20,759 nucleotides of DNA from Macrostomum lignano (lineage: Eukaryota), in contig NIVC01005080.1 of assembly GCA_002269645.1 (NCBI GenBank), positions 1 to 20,759 on the forward strand, written 5' to 3'. Below, piece after piece: positions 10,005 to 20,258 of this stretch; the stretch's first letter is position 1; each line of letters starts with the position of its first letter. The notes below the pieces were generated by a model. It was not told the DNA's origin. It saw nothing but the letters and a program-made list of their open reading frames with translations, and did no database searches. The position numbers were made by a program, and so were the translations under genes.

Positions 10005-10048
10005 GATGACCTGCCTGCCTGCCGCTAGCTGAGCAGCGGGTGCACACA

Positions 10049-11730
10049 GATTTTATGGGTGAATAGAGGGCGATTCTATGGGTGAATAGAGGGCGATTCT
10101 ATGGGTGAATAGAGGGCGATTCTATGGGCGAATAGAGGGCGATTCTATGTGTGAGTAGAGGGCGATTCTATGATTGATTAGAGGGCGATTCTATGGGTGA
10201 GTAGAGGGCGATTCTATGATTGATTAGAGGGCGATTCTATGTGTGAGTAGAGGGCGATTCTATGATTGATTAGAGGGCGATTCTATGGGTGAGTAGAGGG
10301 CGATTCTATGATTGATTAGAGGGCGATTCTATGGGTGAGTAGAGGGCGATTCTATGATTGATTAGAGGGCGATTCTATGTGTGAGTAGAGGGCGATTCTA
10401 TGATTGATTAGAGGGCGATTCTATGGGTGAGTAGAGGGCGATTCTATGATTGATTAGAGGGCGATTCTATGTGTGAGTAGAGGGCGATTCTATGATTGAT
10501 TAGAGGGCGATTCTATGGGTGAATAGAGGGCGATTCTATGGGCGAATAGAGGGCGATTCTATGGGCGAATAGAGGGCGATTCTATGATTGATTAGAGGGC
10601 GATTCTATGTGTGAGTAGAGGGCGATTCTATGATTGATTAGAGGGCGATTCTATGTGTGAGTAGAGGGCGATTCTATGATTGATTAGAGGGCGATTCTAT
10701 GGGTGAATAGAGGGCGATTCTATGGGTGAATAGAGGGCGATTCTATGGGTGAATAGAGGGCGATTCTATGTGTGAGTAGAGGGCGATTCTATGATTGATT
10801 AGAGGGCGATTCTATGTGTGAGTAGAGGGCGATTCTATGATTGATTAGAGGGCGATTCTATGGGTGAGTAGAGGGCGATTCTATGATTGATTAGAGGGCG
10901 ATTCTATGTGTGAGTAGAGGGCGATTCTATGATTGATTAGAGGGCGATTCTATGGGTGAATAGAGGGCGATTCTATGGGTGAATAGAGGGCGATTCTATG
11001 ATTGATTAGAGGGCGATTCTATGGGTGAATAGAGGGCGATTCTATGGGTGAATAGAGGGCGATTCTATGGGTGAATAGAGGGCGATTCTATGGGTGAATA
11101 GAGGGCGATTCTATGGGTGATTAGAGGGCGATTCTATGGGTGAATAGAGGGCGATTCTATGGGTGAATAGAGGGCGATTCTATGGGTGAATAGAGGGCGA
11201 TTCTATGGGTGAATAGAGGGCGATTCTATGGGCGAATAGAGGGCGATTCTATGGGTGAATAGAGGGCGATTCTATGGGTGAATAGAGGGCGATTCTATGG
11301 GCGAATAGAGGGCGATTCTATGGGTGAATAGAGGGCGATTCTATGGGTGAATAGAGGGCGATTCTATGGGCGAATAGAGGGCGATTCTATGGGCGAATAG
11401 AGGGCGATTCTATGGGTGAATAGAGGGCGATTCTATGGATGATTAGAGGGCGATTCTATGGGCGAATAGAGGGCGATTCTATGGGCGAATAGAGGGCGAT
11501 TCTATGATTGATTAGAGGGCGATTCTATGTGTGAGTAGAGGGCGATTCTATGATTGATTAGAGGGCGATTCTATGGGTGAGTAGAGGGCGATTCTATGAT
11601 TGATTAGAGGGCGATTCTATGGGCGAATAGAGGGCGATTCTTTGGGTAAATAAACGGCGATTCTATGGTGAATAGAGGGCGATTCTATGGGTGAATAGAG
11701 GGCGATTCTATGGGTGAATAGTGGGCAATT
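10049..11730. repeat. 23-bp minisatellite (GATTCTATGGGTGAATAGAGGGC)n, about 73 copies, immediately upstream of RPL26
   Basis: Read directly. Constant part AGAGGGCGATTCTATG with a variable 7-nt core (GGTGAAT, GGCGAAT, TGTGAGT, GGTGAGT, ATTGATT). Confidence 0.97.
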
Positions 11731-12384
11731 TAAAGTACAGTGAGATTATTATTTTTGGTGTTCCAAAACGACAAGAGGAGCAGTTCAAACACGTCAAACG
11801 CGCATTGGCATCAAAAACAATATATATTTGCATAGATTAACAGTCTATATATAATCGACAATACAACCATACGGTACCTAATGAAAATGTTTCGCCTCGA
11901 TCAGAAATCTCAGAAAAATTGACAAATATTGTAGCAACTTTAAACAACAGTAACACGCAAGAAAGGAACAGGTACACTGATCAAACAAAAGCAATTTCAA
12001 ATTGAAGGAATTAAAAACATATTTAGGCAACGAAAGCAGTAAGTCACTGCATGCACAAGAGCAACTGGAGCCAAACCAAACACCCGCTGGTCTGAAATTC
12101 TGCTTTCGAGTATTGGGTGGCAACCAGGTAAGTAAATGATTAATGAGTAAGTGTAATATTTGACAAGATTAGCCGTACATTAAACATGTATGACCCTGAA
12201 TATAGATGGATGTGCAATCATTGGATTGACAATCAGTAAATAAAAGCAAAACAAATGTCATTGCCAGCCACCGCAGAGTATTGGTGCAGAGGTTTAATAC
12301 CACAGGAGAGTAAGGAGAACCGATTGAACTAAGCCATGGGTAATTAACACTGCATCTGCAGTACTGTTCGATATAATGCTTTTC

Positions 12385-13260
12385 AACACTCAATTTGATG
12401 CGTAAACACTCAATTTGATGCATAAACACCCTATTTGATTCTTGAACACCCATTTTGATTCTTAAACACCCAATTTGATGCATAAACACCCGATTTGATT
12501 CTTAAACACCCAATTTGATTCTTAAACACCCATTTTGATTCTTAAACACCCAATTTGATGCATAAACACCCGATTTGATTCTTAAACACCCAATTTGATT
12601 CTTAAACACCCAATTTGATTCTTAAACACCCAATTTGATGCATAAACACCCAATTTGATTCTTAAACACCCAATTTGATGCTTTTAAACACCCAATTTGA
12701 TTCTTAAACACCCAATTTGATGCTTTTAAACACCCAATTTGATTCTTAAACACCCAATTTGATGCTTTTAAACACCCAATTTGATTCTTAAACACTCAAT
12801 TTGATGCATAAACACCCAATTTGATTCTTAAACACCCAATTTGATTCTTAAACACTCAATTTGATGCATAAACACCCAATTTGATTCTTAAACACCCAAT
12901 TTGATGCTTTTAAACACCCAATTTGATTCTTAAACACCCAATTTGATGCTTTTAAACACCCAATTTGATTCTTAAACACCCAATTTGATGCTTTTAAACA
13001 CCCAATTTGATTCTTAAACACTCAATTTGATGCATAAACACCCAATTTGATTCTTAAACACCCATTTTGATTCTTAAACACTCAATTTGATGCATAAACA
13101 CCCAATTTGATTCTTAAACACTCAATTTGATGCTTAAACAACCATTTTGATTCTTAAACACCCAATTTGATGCTTAAACACAAAATTTCATGCTTAAACA
13201 ACAATTTTGATTCTTAAACACGCATTTTGATTCTTAAACACCCAAGTTGACGCTTAAACA
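12385..13260. repeat. AT-rich 20/22-bp minisatellite (AAACACCCAATTTGATTCTT / ...GATGCAT / ...GATGCTTTT)n, about 42 copies
   Basis: Read directly. Lies between the USO1 3' end and RPL26. Confidence 0.95.
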
Positions 13261-13402
13261 ATTTAATAATAAAATAATTGTGACTACAATAGATACAAGA
13301 ACCCGGAGCAAAGCAAATCAATACATAATTAGCATAATTAATCTATGCAGGCACACACGAATAGCTAAATGACTATATATGACTTACACAGAGACAAAGG
13401 GC

Positions 13403-13408
13403 TTTATT
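13403..13408 (-). terminator. Candidate polyadenylation signal AATAAA for USO1
   Basis: TTTATT on +, about 73 nt downstream of the USO1 stop codon. Confidence 0.55.
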
Positions 13409-13480
13409 AACTGACACACCGCATTCCCTCAAGATTTGGTAAGCTTATATAGAAATGGAAAGTGGCGTCTTATCCGCAGC

Positions 13481-13882
13481 TCAATTATCCTCGTACTCTG
13501 CACCATCGCTGCCCTCTTCAAGATCGACGGGCTCGTCGTCCTCTTCGTCAACTTTGCCGCCCAGACTTTTCACCTGTTCACGGAGAGCCTCCAGCTTGGA
13601 GTCTTGGTCGCTAAGCAACACTAAGAGGTCTTCGTTCTCAGATTTGAGATTGTCGCGCTCGCTAGTGAGCTCATCTAGCTGCTGCTTGAGCTCCTGAGTA
13701 TCCTCCGGCTGCTGCTGTTGTGCCAGCTCGCTTCGGAGCTGGTCCCGCTCGGCCTCGATCACCAGCAGCTCGTCAATGCGCCGCTGAAGGCTGTCGCGTA
13801 GAGCCGACAGCTTGGCCACCTCAGCTACCTGCTCTTCCAGCTCCGCGATGCGCTCCCGGTATTGGGCGTTCTCCAGCTTCAC
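13481..13882 (-). CDS. USO1: General vesicular transport factor p115, exon 7 (last): coiled coil and acidic tail
   Basis: Acceptor GCCCAG|GTG at 13883/13882. ENEDLLVLLSDQDSKLEALREQVKSLGGKVDEEDDE matches the Uso1/p115 C-terminal EDLLVLLADQDQK motif and acidic tail. Stop TGA at 13483-13481. Confidence 0.93.
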   Translation of the reverse strand: MKLENAQYRERIAELEEQVAEVAKLSALRDSLQRRIDELLVIEAERDQLRSELAQQQQPEDTQELKQQLDELTSERDNLKSENEDLLVLLSDQDSKLEALREQVKSLGGKVDEEDDEPVDLEEGSDGAEYEDN

Positions 13883-13939
13883 CTGGGCGAGGCGTGATTC
13901 AGGTCTGCCGTGACATGCTTCAGGTGACATGCTTCATGA

Positions 13940-14388
13940 AGTGACTCAGATCTAGGATGATGGAGTGACTCAGGTCTAGGATGATGGAGTGACTCAGGTC
14001 TAGGATGATGGAGTGACTCAGGTCTAGGATGATGGAGTGACTCAGGTCTAGGATGATGGAGTGACTCTGGTCTAGGATGATGGAGTGACTCAGGTCTAGG
14101 ATGATGGAGTGACTCAGGTCTAGGATGATGGAGTGACTCAGGTCTAGGATGATGGAGTGACTCAGGTCTAGGATGATGGAGTGACTCAGGTCTAGGATGA
14201 TGGAGTGACTCAGGTCTAGGATGATGGAGTGACTCAGGTCTAGGATGATGAAGTGACTCAGGTCTAGGATGATGGAGTGACTCAGGTCTAGGATGATGGA
14301 GTGACTCAGGTCTAGGATGATGAAGTGACTCAGGTCTAGGATGATGGAGTGACTCAGGTCTAGGATGATGGAGTGACTCAGGTCTAGG
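13940..14388. repeat. 24-bp minisatellite (GATGATGGAGTGACTCAGGTCTAG)n, 19 copies, USO1 intron 6
   Basis: Read directly. Explains the RPESLHHP run in ORF 13879..15144. Confidence 0.97.
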
Positions 14389-14499
14389 TTGAGGCTGTTT
14401 AGGTCTAGTGGTGGGAAGGCTCATGCAAGAGATAAAAAGGATAACATTAGCTGAAGACCGGCTCACAAAGTACACAATGCCCCAATCAATACTGCATAC

Positions 14500-15144
14500 C
14501 TGATCGTAGTCGTCGGGAAAATAGGCGGTTGCGGCTTCGACAACGGAGCCACCCGAGGAGCCTGCGGCGGCCGGAGAAGGCGATGACTTTCTCACAGTGT
14601 CCAGCTCGGCCCGCAGGTGAGATAGCTCAGTCTCCCTAGCTGCCAGCTGATCCCGCAGCTGCTGCACCAGCGATGATGAAGAGTCTGACGTCTGTTGGCC
14701 AACTTGGTCCAAGCCGGACGGCATTGACGAGCTGGCGGTTGACGCCGAGGCGGCGACGGAGGCGACAGCCGGGGCCAGGCCGGAGCGGCCAGACGCCGCC
14801 GCCTTCAACACGGTGTTCTGATCGCGCAGGCTGCGTACAGTCTCTTCCAAGCTGGCCTTCTCTCTCGTCAACTGTTCGCTGCCGGCTTGCAAGGCGTCGA
14901 ATCGAGTTTTTAATTCCCTATAGCGGGAGTCTTGCTCCTTGATGAGGTCTTTGTACTGGGTGACGACGGCTTCGTGCTCGGTGAACTGCTGTGCGAGTCC
15001 GCCTGTCCCGGACCCACCAGAGCCGCCCGTTGCGCCCAGAGCCCTGGCAATTTCGGGCTCGGCCGATTTGAACATCCGGCTAAACTCGTAGTCCAGGCTG
15101 GGCTGCGAGGGCGGCTGCGGCGACTTCAGTGACTTCACAAACAC
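14500..15144 (-). CDS. USO1: p115 exon 6: end of globular head and start of coiled coil
   Basis: Acceptor CCCTTCACAG|GTG at 15145/15144. VFVKSLKSPQP...LDYEFSRMFK...QHEAVVTQYKDLIKEQD matches human FDHEFTKLVK...QHDNIVTHYKNMIREQD. Donor CAG|GTATGC at 14500/14499. Confidence 0.92.
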
Positions 15145-15257
15145 CTGTGAAGGGGAGGTGGTTGGAGCGGCTGGCCTGGCTTGCTGCAGACTGGGGGGGG
15201 GGCTGGGAACTGCTGAGTATGGGGCGATAGCCTAGTGTGACAGCCCAGTAGGAGAAG

Positions 15258-15565
15258 CTGTGGTGTGAGATATTCTACTGAGATTGTGTGACAGTACTGG
15301 GATATGGTGTGACAGTACTGGGGAGATGGTGTGACAGCACTGGGTAGATGGTGTGACAGAACTGGGGAGATGGTGTGACAGCACTGGGGAGATGGTGTGA
15401 CAGCACTGGGGAGATGGTGTGACAGCACTGGGGAGATGGTGTGACAGCACTGGGGAGATGGTGTGACAGCACTGGGGAGATGGTGTGACAGCACTGGGTA
15501 GATGGTGTGACAGCATTGGGGAGATAGTATGACAGTATTGGGGAAATAGTATGACAGCACTGGGG
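15258..15565. repeat. 21/22-bp minisatellite (GATGGTGTGACAGCACTGGGGA)n, about 14 copies, USO1 intron 5
   Basis: Read directly. Confidence 0.95.
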
Positions 15566-15582
15566 ACATAGCGCGCACTCAC

Positions 15583-15859
15583 CTCAGACTTGGACAATTT
15601 GCCCAGACACTCGAGAAACGGCTCGGCTCCGACACGTCTCTCAACCAGGGCCATGAGGTCCGTGTGCCCGGCCAGAAAGCACGCGCCTAATAGGTAAGCG
15701 TAGAGCGCCTTCACTAGGCCTTCCTCTTCTGTGTGGTCGGAGCCCTGCAGCTCGGCTAGGGCTTGGTTGACGTTGCTGGCGCAATTGAGAAACGCCTTGG
15801 TTACTAGGGGGCACTGGGTGAGCCAGCCGCCCAGTAGTTGAAGTAGGCCCAGCTTGCAT
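15583..15859 (-). CDS. USO1: p115 exon 5 (armadillo-like head)
   Basis: Acceptor CTCTCCAG|ATGC at 15860/15859 (phase 2). CKLGLLQLLGGWLTQCPLVTKAFLNCASNV...EEEGLVKALYAYLLG...VERRVGAEPFLECLGKLSKSE. Donor GAG|GTGAGT at 15583/15582. Confidence 0.92.
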
Positions 15860-15910
15860 CTGGAGAGTGGACAATGTTGCGATTGCAAAGAGCTGTGTGG
15901 CACTGCGACT

Positions 15911-16880
15911 GAGGATCTGGCAGGGTAGCGGCGTCCTAGCAACTGGGGAGCTGGCAGGGTAGCGGCGCCCTAGCAACTGGGGATCTGGCAGGGTAGCGGT
16001 GACCTAGCAACTGGGGATCTGGCAGGGTAGCGGTGACCTAGCAACTGGGGATCTGGCAGGGTAGCGGTGACCTAGCAACTGGGGATCTGGCAGGGTAGCG
16101 GTGACCTAGCAACTGGGGATCTGGCAGGGTAGCGGTGACCTAGCAACTGGGGATCTGGCAGGGTAGCGGTGACCTAGCAACTGGGGAGCTGGCAGGGTAG
16201 CGGCGCCCTAGCAACTGGGGATCTGGCAGGGTAGCGGTGACCTAGCAACTGGGGATCTGGCAGGGTAGCGGTGACCTAGCAACTGGGGATCTGGCAGGGT
16301 AGCGGTGACCTAGCAACTGGGGATCTGGCAGGGTAGCGGTGACCTAGCAACTGGGGATCTGGCAGGGTAGCGGTGACCTAGCAACTGGGGATCTGGCAGG
16401 GTAGCGGCGCCCTAGCAACTGGGGATCTGGCAGGGTAGCGGTGACCTAGCAACTGGGGATCTGGCAGGGTAGCGGTGACCTAGCAACTGGGGAGCTGGCA
16501 GGGTAGCGGCGCCCTAGCAACTGGGGATCTGGCAGGGTAGCGGTGACCTAGCAACTGGGGATCTGGCAGGGTAGCGGTGACCTAGCAACTGGGGATCTGG
16601 CAGGGTAGCGGTGACCTAGCAACTGGGGATCTGGCAGGGTAGCGGTGACCTAGCAACTGGGGATCTGGCAGGGAAGCGGTGACCTAGCAACTGGGGATCT
16701 GGCAGGGTAGCGGTGACCTAGCAACTGGGGATCTGGCAGGGTAGCGGTGACCTAGCAACTGGGGATCTGGCAGGGTAGCGGTGACCTAGCAACTGGGGAT
16801 CTGGCAGGGTAGCGGCCCCTAGCAACTGGGGATCTGGCAGGGTAGCGGTGACCTAGCAACTGGGGATCTGGCAGTGTGGC
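15911..16880. repeat. 34-bp minisatellite (GGGGATCTGGCAGGGTAGCGGTGACCTAGCAACT)n, about 28 copies, USO1 intron 4
   Basis: Read directly. About 2.5 further copies at 17105-17195 inside the duplication. Confidence 0.97.
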
Positions 16881-17419
16881 GGTGACATAGCAACTGAAGA
16901 TCTAGGAGTATGGCATCTCAATTAGAGGAACTGGAAAGATATCAGCTGACAATATGGGGATCTAGAAGGGTCATCAGACTGCCAGCCCTCACCTAGCACT
17001 GGGATTAGTAGTGAGCAGATTGGCGCAGTGCTGCAGCAGGCTGACAGGCGGCGAGCCCAGCCCGGTGGCCAGTTGCACGCGGAGCAGCTGCTCCTTCTGG
17101 ACAGCAACTGGGGATCTGGCAGGGTAGCGGCCCCTAGCAACTGGGGATCTGGCAGGGTAGCGGTGACCTAGCAACTGGGGATCTGGCAGTGTGGCGGTGA
17201 CATAGCAACTGAAGATCTAGGAGTATGGCATCTCAATTAGAGGAACTGGAAAGATATCAGCTGACAATATGGGGATCTAGAAGGGTCATCAGACTGCCAG
17301 CCCTCACCTAGCACTGGGATTAGTAGTGAGCAGATTGGCGCAGTGCTGCAGCAGGCTGACAGGCGGCGAGCCCAGCCCGGTGGCCAGTTGCACGCGGAGC
17401 AGCTGCTCCTTCTGGACAG
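16790..17419. repeat. Direct tandem duplication of 315 bp (16790-17104 = 17105-17419) that includes the 3' part of USO1 exon 4 and its donor site
   Basis: The copies look identical by eye. The offset is 315 at both landmarks (CTCACCTAGC at 16989 and 17304; GGACAG ending at 17104 and 17419). Confidence 0.95.
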
Positions 17420-17654
17420 AGTTGCCGTGAACGGCGTGCAGCAGGGAGACAGCGGCCAGCCAGGCCGTGTGCGAGTCGCTAGAGAACAGGCCGGCGCAGA
17501 GCAACTGGCCAGCAGTGATGCTGCTGGTAGCTTCGGCCGACGCCGGCAGCAGGGTGCTGACCACAGCCGCTTGACCGTCGGGATTGCGGAACAGATAGGA
17601 CTGGAATGCGTACAGCACGGCTAGGCGCAGGGGGAACGGCTGCTTTTCGTTCAC
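17308..17654 (-). CDS. USO1: p115 exon 4 (armadillo-like head)
   Basis: Acceptor TCCAG|GTG at 17655/17654. VNEKQPFPLRLAVLYAFQSYL...AGQLLCAGLFSSDS...QKEQLLRVQLAT...PPVSLLQHC is near-identical to human VNERQPFVLRCAVLYCFQ...QKEQLLRVQLAT. Donor AG|GTGAGG at 17308/17307. Confidence 0.95.
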
Positions 17655-17913
17655 CTGGATTTGTTAGAATTGTGTAAGCTAATTTATTTCAATCTGGGCG
17701 CTTGATAATAATACTCCTATAATAGAATAATAGGCTTGGAATGCTACTGTAAGTAGAGAACTAGGATTCGCAATGCAGGCTTAGGTGTATATAGAAAACT
17801 TTTTTTGGTGAATGGAGTATTGCTCAAGATCAGATACAGTGACTACTGATGCTCGGAGAGCCAGACAGACACAGAGGGACAGAGAAGATGATGTACATCA
17901 TTCAGCCGGATTC

Positions 17914-17914
<1 letters not shown>

Positions 17915-17951
<37 letters not shown>

Positions 17952-18007
17952 GGACAGCCAGACAGAAAGACAGACAGACATAGACAGACAGAAATAGCCA
18001 GGTAGAC

Positions 18008-18048
<41 letters not shown>

Positions 18049-18237
18049 GTGGCAGACATAGACAGACAGAAAGACAGACAGACAGACAGACAGACAGACA
18101 GGCAGACAGACAGGCAGGCAGGCAGACAGGCAGGCAGACAGACAGACAGACAGACAGACAGACTGGCAGACATAGACAGACAGAAAGACAGACAGACAGA
18201 CAGACAGACAGGCAGACAGACAGGCAGACAGACAGGC

Positions 18238-18269
<32 letters not shown>

Positions 18270-18360
18270 TGGCAGACAGGCAGGCAGACATAGACAGACA
18301 GAAAGACAGACAGACAGACAGGCAGGCAGACAGACAGACAGACAGGCAGACAGACACAGA
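17915..18360. repeat. (GACA)n/(GGCA)n microsatellite, USO1 intron 3
   Basis: Read directly. Confidence 0.96.
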
Positions 18361-18420
18361 CGGTAATGGGCTGACGCAGGGAAGAATAAGAAGGCTCAGA
18401 AGCAACACAAGAAAGATTAC

Positions 18421-18720
18421 CATAGATATAAGCAGCACAACGATGGCCGGCCGAGGCGGATTAGCGGGCGCTTCAACTGCTGCTAGAAACTTCTGCGCCT
18501 CCTCGTAGCCGCGAATGCACTCGGCGACGGTGTTGATGGTCTCGGCCAGCACCTCGGCGGCACGCCGCTAGCCATGAGGATCGCGGTGAGGCGGGCCAAC
18601 AGGCCGCACTGCAGGATGGCCCGCTGAGAGGCTCGCGTGTTCTGGCTGGCATTCTGAGGCGACACCAGGACTCGAATTACTGACAGCATTTGGAGCACGT
18701 TGGTTACGCGTTGGGTTGAC
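18421..18720 (-). CDS. USO1: p115 exon 3; one-base frameshift near 18555-18560
   Basis: Acceptor CGCAG|GTCA at 18721/18720. STQRVTNVLQMLSVIRVLVSPQN...LTAILMASGVP, frameshift, then EVLAETINTVAECIRG...PPRPAIVVLLISM. Donor ATG|GTAATC at 18421/18420. Confidence 0.92.
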
Positions 18721-19066
18721 CTGCGGCGATTGTATGGCAACGTGTTAATAGAGTTACAGCAGGACTTTTGTTCCGTAATAAGGATACGGCAGCTGAGGGA
18801 GGCCGTAGCCTAGTGGTCTGGCGCGACGTTCTTGCGGTCGCATTAACTTGTGGCTGATATTGAAATCCCGGCTTGGCTTTACTTGTGCAATTAACGGCCT
18901 TGAGGGCCAACCCCCCCCCCCAAAACACAGTGAGTGTACAGGCCTAACAATTAGAAAGTCAGGGGTCGGCGGAATGGGCAGTAATGCGCCTTTCGCCGGT
19001 TGCGCGACAATGTCGTTTAAAGTGCGCCAGGGTGCACACATCCCCTGCAGACACGCACAGACATAC

Positions 19067-19614
19067 CAGCCTTCAGCATCGCTGCCACCGGCGCCGCCCT
19101 CGTCGCCAGAGTCGGCATCCTCAAAGAACACGGGCAGCTGGGCAATGTAGGAATTCTCCCTAAACAGGGTCTGGTTGGGCGGATTAGATCGCAGCAAGTT
19201 CAGCAGGATGCGCAAGCAGTCCTCAACAACAACTCCGCCGTGAGAGCAGCCCTCCGCCGAGATAATCTCCAACAGGCGAGGAAAAGCGTCCTCGAACACG
19301 ATAATCTTCTGTATGTTAGTGTTGGTCCTGGTCAGGTGCACCAGCAGCAGGATGCCGAGGTTTCTCACGTACTCGCGCTGATCGGTGAGCACGTCAATCA
19401 GCCGGCCGCAGCCCTGCGGAAAAGTGAGTATGTGCTCCTGAGTGGCCTTGGTCTGGGACTCCAGCAGGGCGGCCAGGGCGCGAAGGGCCGGCACCCGGAC
19501 TCGACTGTCGGTCTCGTCGATGCACTCCAGCACCAGGTGCACGTTGGCAGACTGTTTGACAAATATCTCGGCGAACTGGCTGCACAGCTCAGCTTGGCCA
19601 GGCTCCGCTTCTTC
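19067..19614 (-). CDS. USO1: p115 exon 2 (armadillo-like head)
   Basis: Acceptor CTTCAG|GAA at 19615/19614. SQFAEIFVKQ...REYVRNLGILLL...IQKIIVFEDAFPRLLEII..EG..GGVVVEDCL matches human IQKIVAFENAFERLLDII..EG..GGIVVEDCL. Donor TG|GTATGT at 19067/19066. Confidence 0.96.
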
Positions 19615-19687
19615 CTGAAGTAGCCGAAAATGCACGACTTTCTTAATAACACTACTGTAAGTAATACAATCTCCCTCACCGATCCTT

Positions 19688-20258
19688 TAGTGAGCACTGA
19701 GCAACCCCTATCCCAGTGCTTCAGTGAGCACTGAGCAACCCCTATCCCAGTGCTTCAGTGAGCACTGAGCAGCCCCTATCCCAGTGCTTCAGTGAGCACT
19801 GAGCAACACCTATCCCAGTGCTTCAGTGAGCACTGAGCAACACCTATCCCAGTGCTTCAGTGAGCACTGAGCAACCCCTATTCCAGTGCTTCAGTGAGCA
19901 CTGAGCAGCCCCTATCCCAGTGCTTCAGTGAGCACTGAGCAACCCCTATCCCAGTGCTTCAGTGAGCACTGAGCAACCCCTATCCCAGTGCTTCAGTGAG
20001 CACTGAGCAACCCCTATCCCAGTGCTTCAGTGAGCACTGAGCAGCCCTATCCCAGTGCTTCAGTGAGCACTGAGCAACACCTATCCCAGTGCTTCAGTGA
20101 GCACTGAGCAACACCTATCCAGTGCTTCAGTGAGCACTGAGCAACCCCTATCCCAGTGCTTCAGTGAGCACTGAGCAACCCCTATCCCAGTGCTTCAGTG
20201 AGCACTGAGCAACCCCTATCCCAGTGCTTCAGTGAGCACTGAGCAACCCCTATCCCAG
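19688..20258. repeat. 34-bp palindrome-containing minisatellite (CTTCAGTGAGCACTGAGCAACCCCTATCCCAGTG)n, about 17 copies, USO1 intron 1
   Basis: Read directly. Head-to-tail units with no spacers. Confidence 0.97.

Noticed and set aside
10049-11730. CRISPR-like constant repeat with variable core
   Set aside because: The variable part is only 7 nt and recycles about five variants. There are no unique spacers and no cas genes, and the context is eukaryotic.
10011-13408. USO1-RPL26 operon (co-oriented genes)
   Set aside because: A gap of about 3.4 kb filled with two arrays is much longer than typical trans-spliced operon spacers, and there is no supporting evidence in the sequence.
15145-15231. 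Alternative acceptor CACTAG|GCT at 15232 extending USO1 exon 6 by 29 in-frame codons
   Set aside because: Homology to p115 (SE|VFVKSLKSPQP vs HELYSRASQKPQP) is fully satisfied by the 15145 acceptor, and the extra sequence is low-complexity and includes a long homopolymer.
19688-20258. CRISPR array suggested by a 34-bp palindromic repeat
   Set aside because: Units are head-to-tail without spacers and lie inside a spliceosomal intron.
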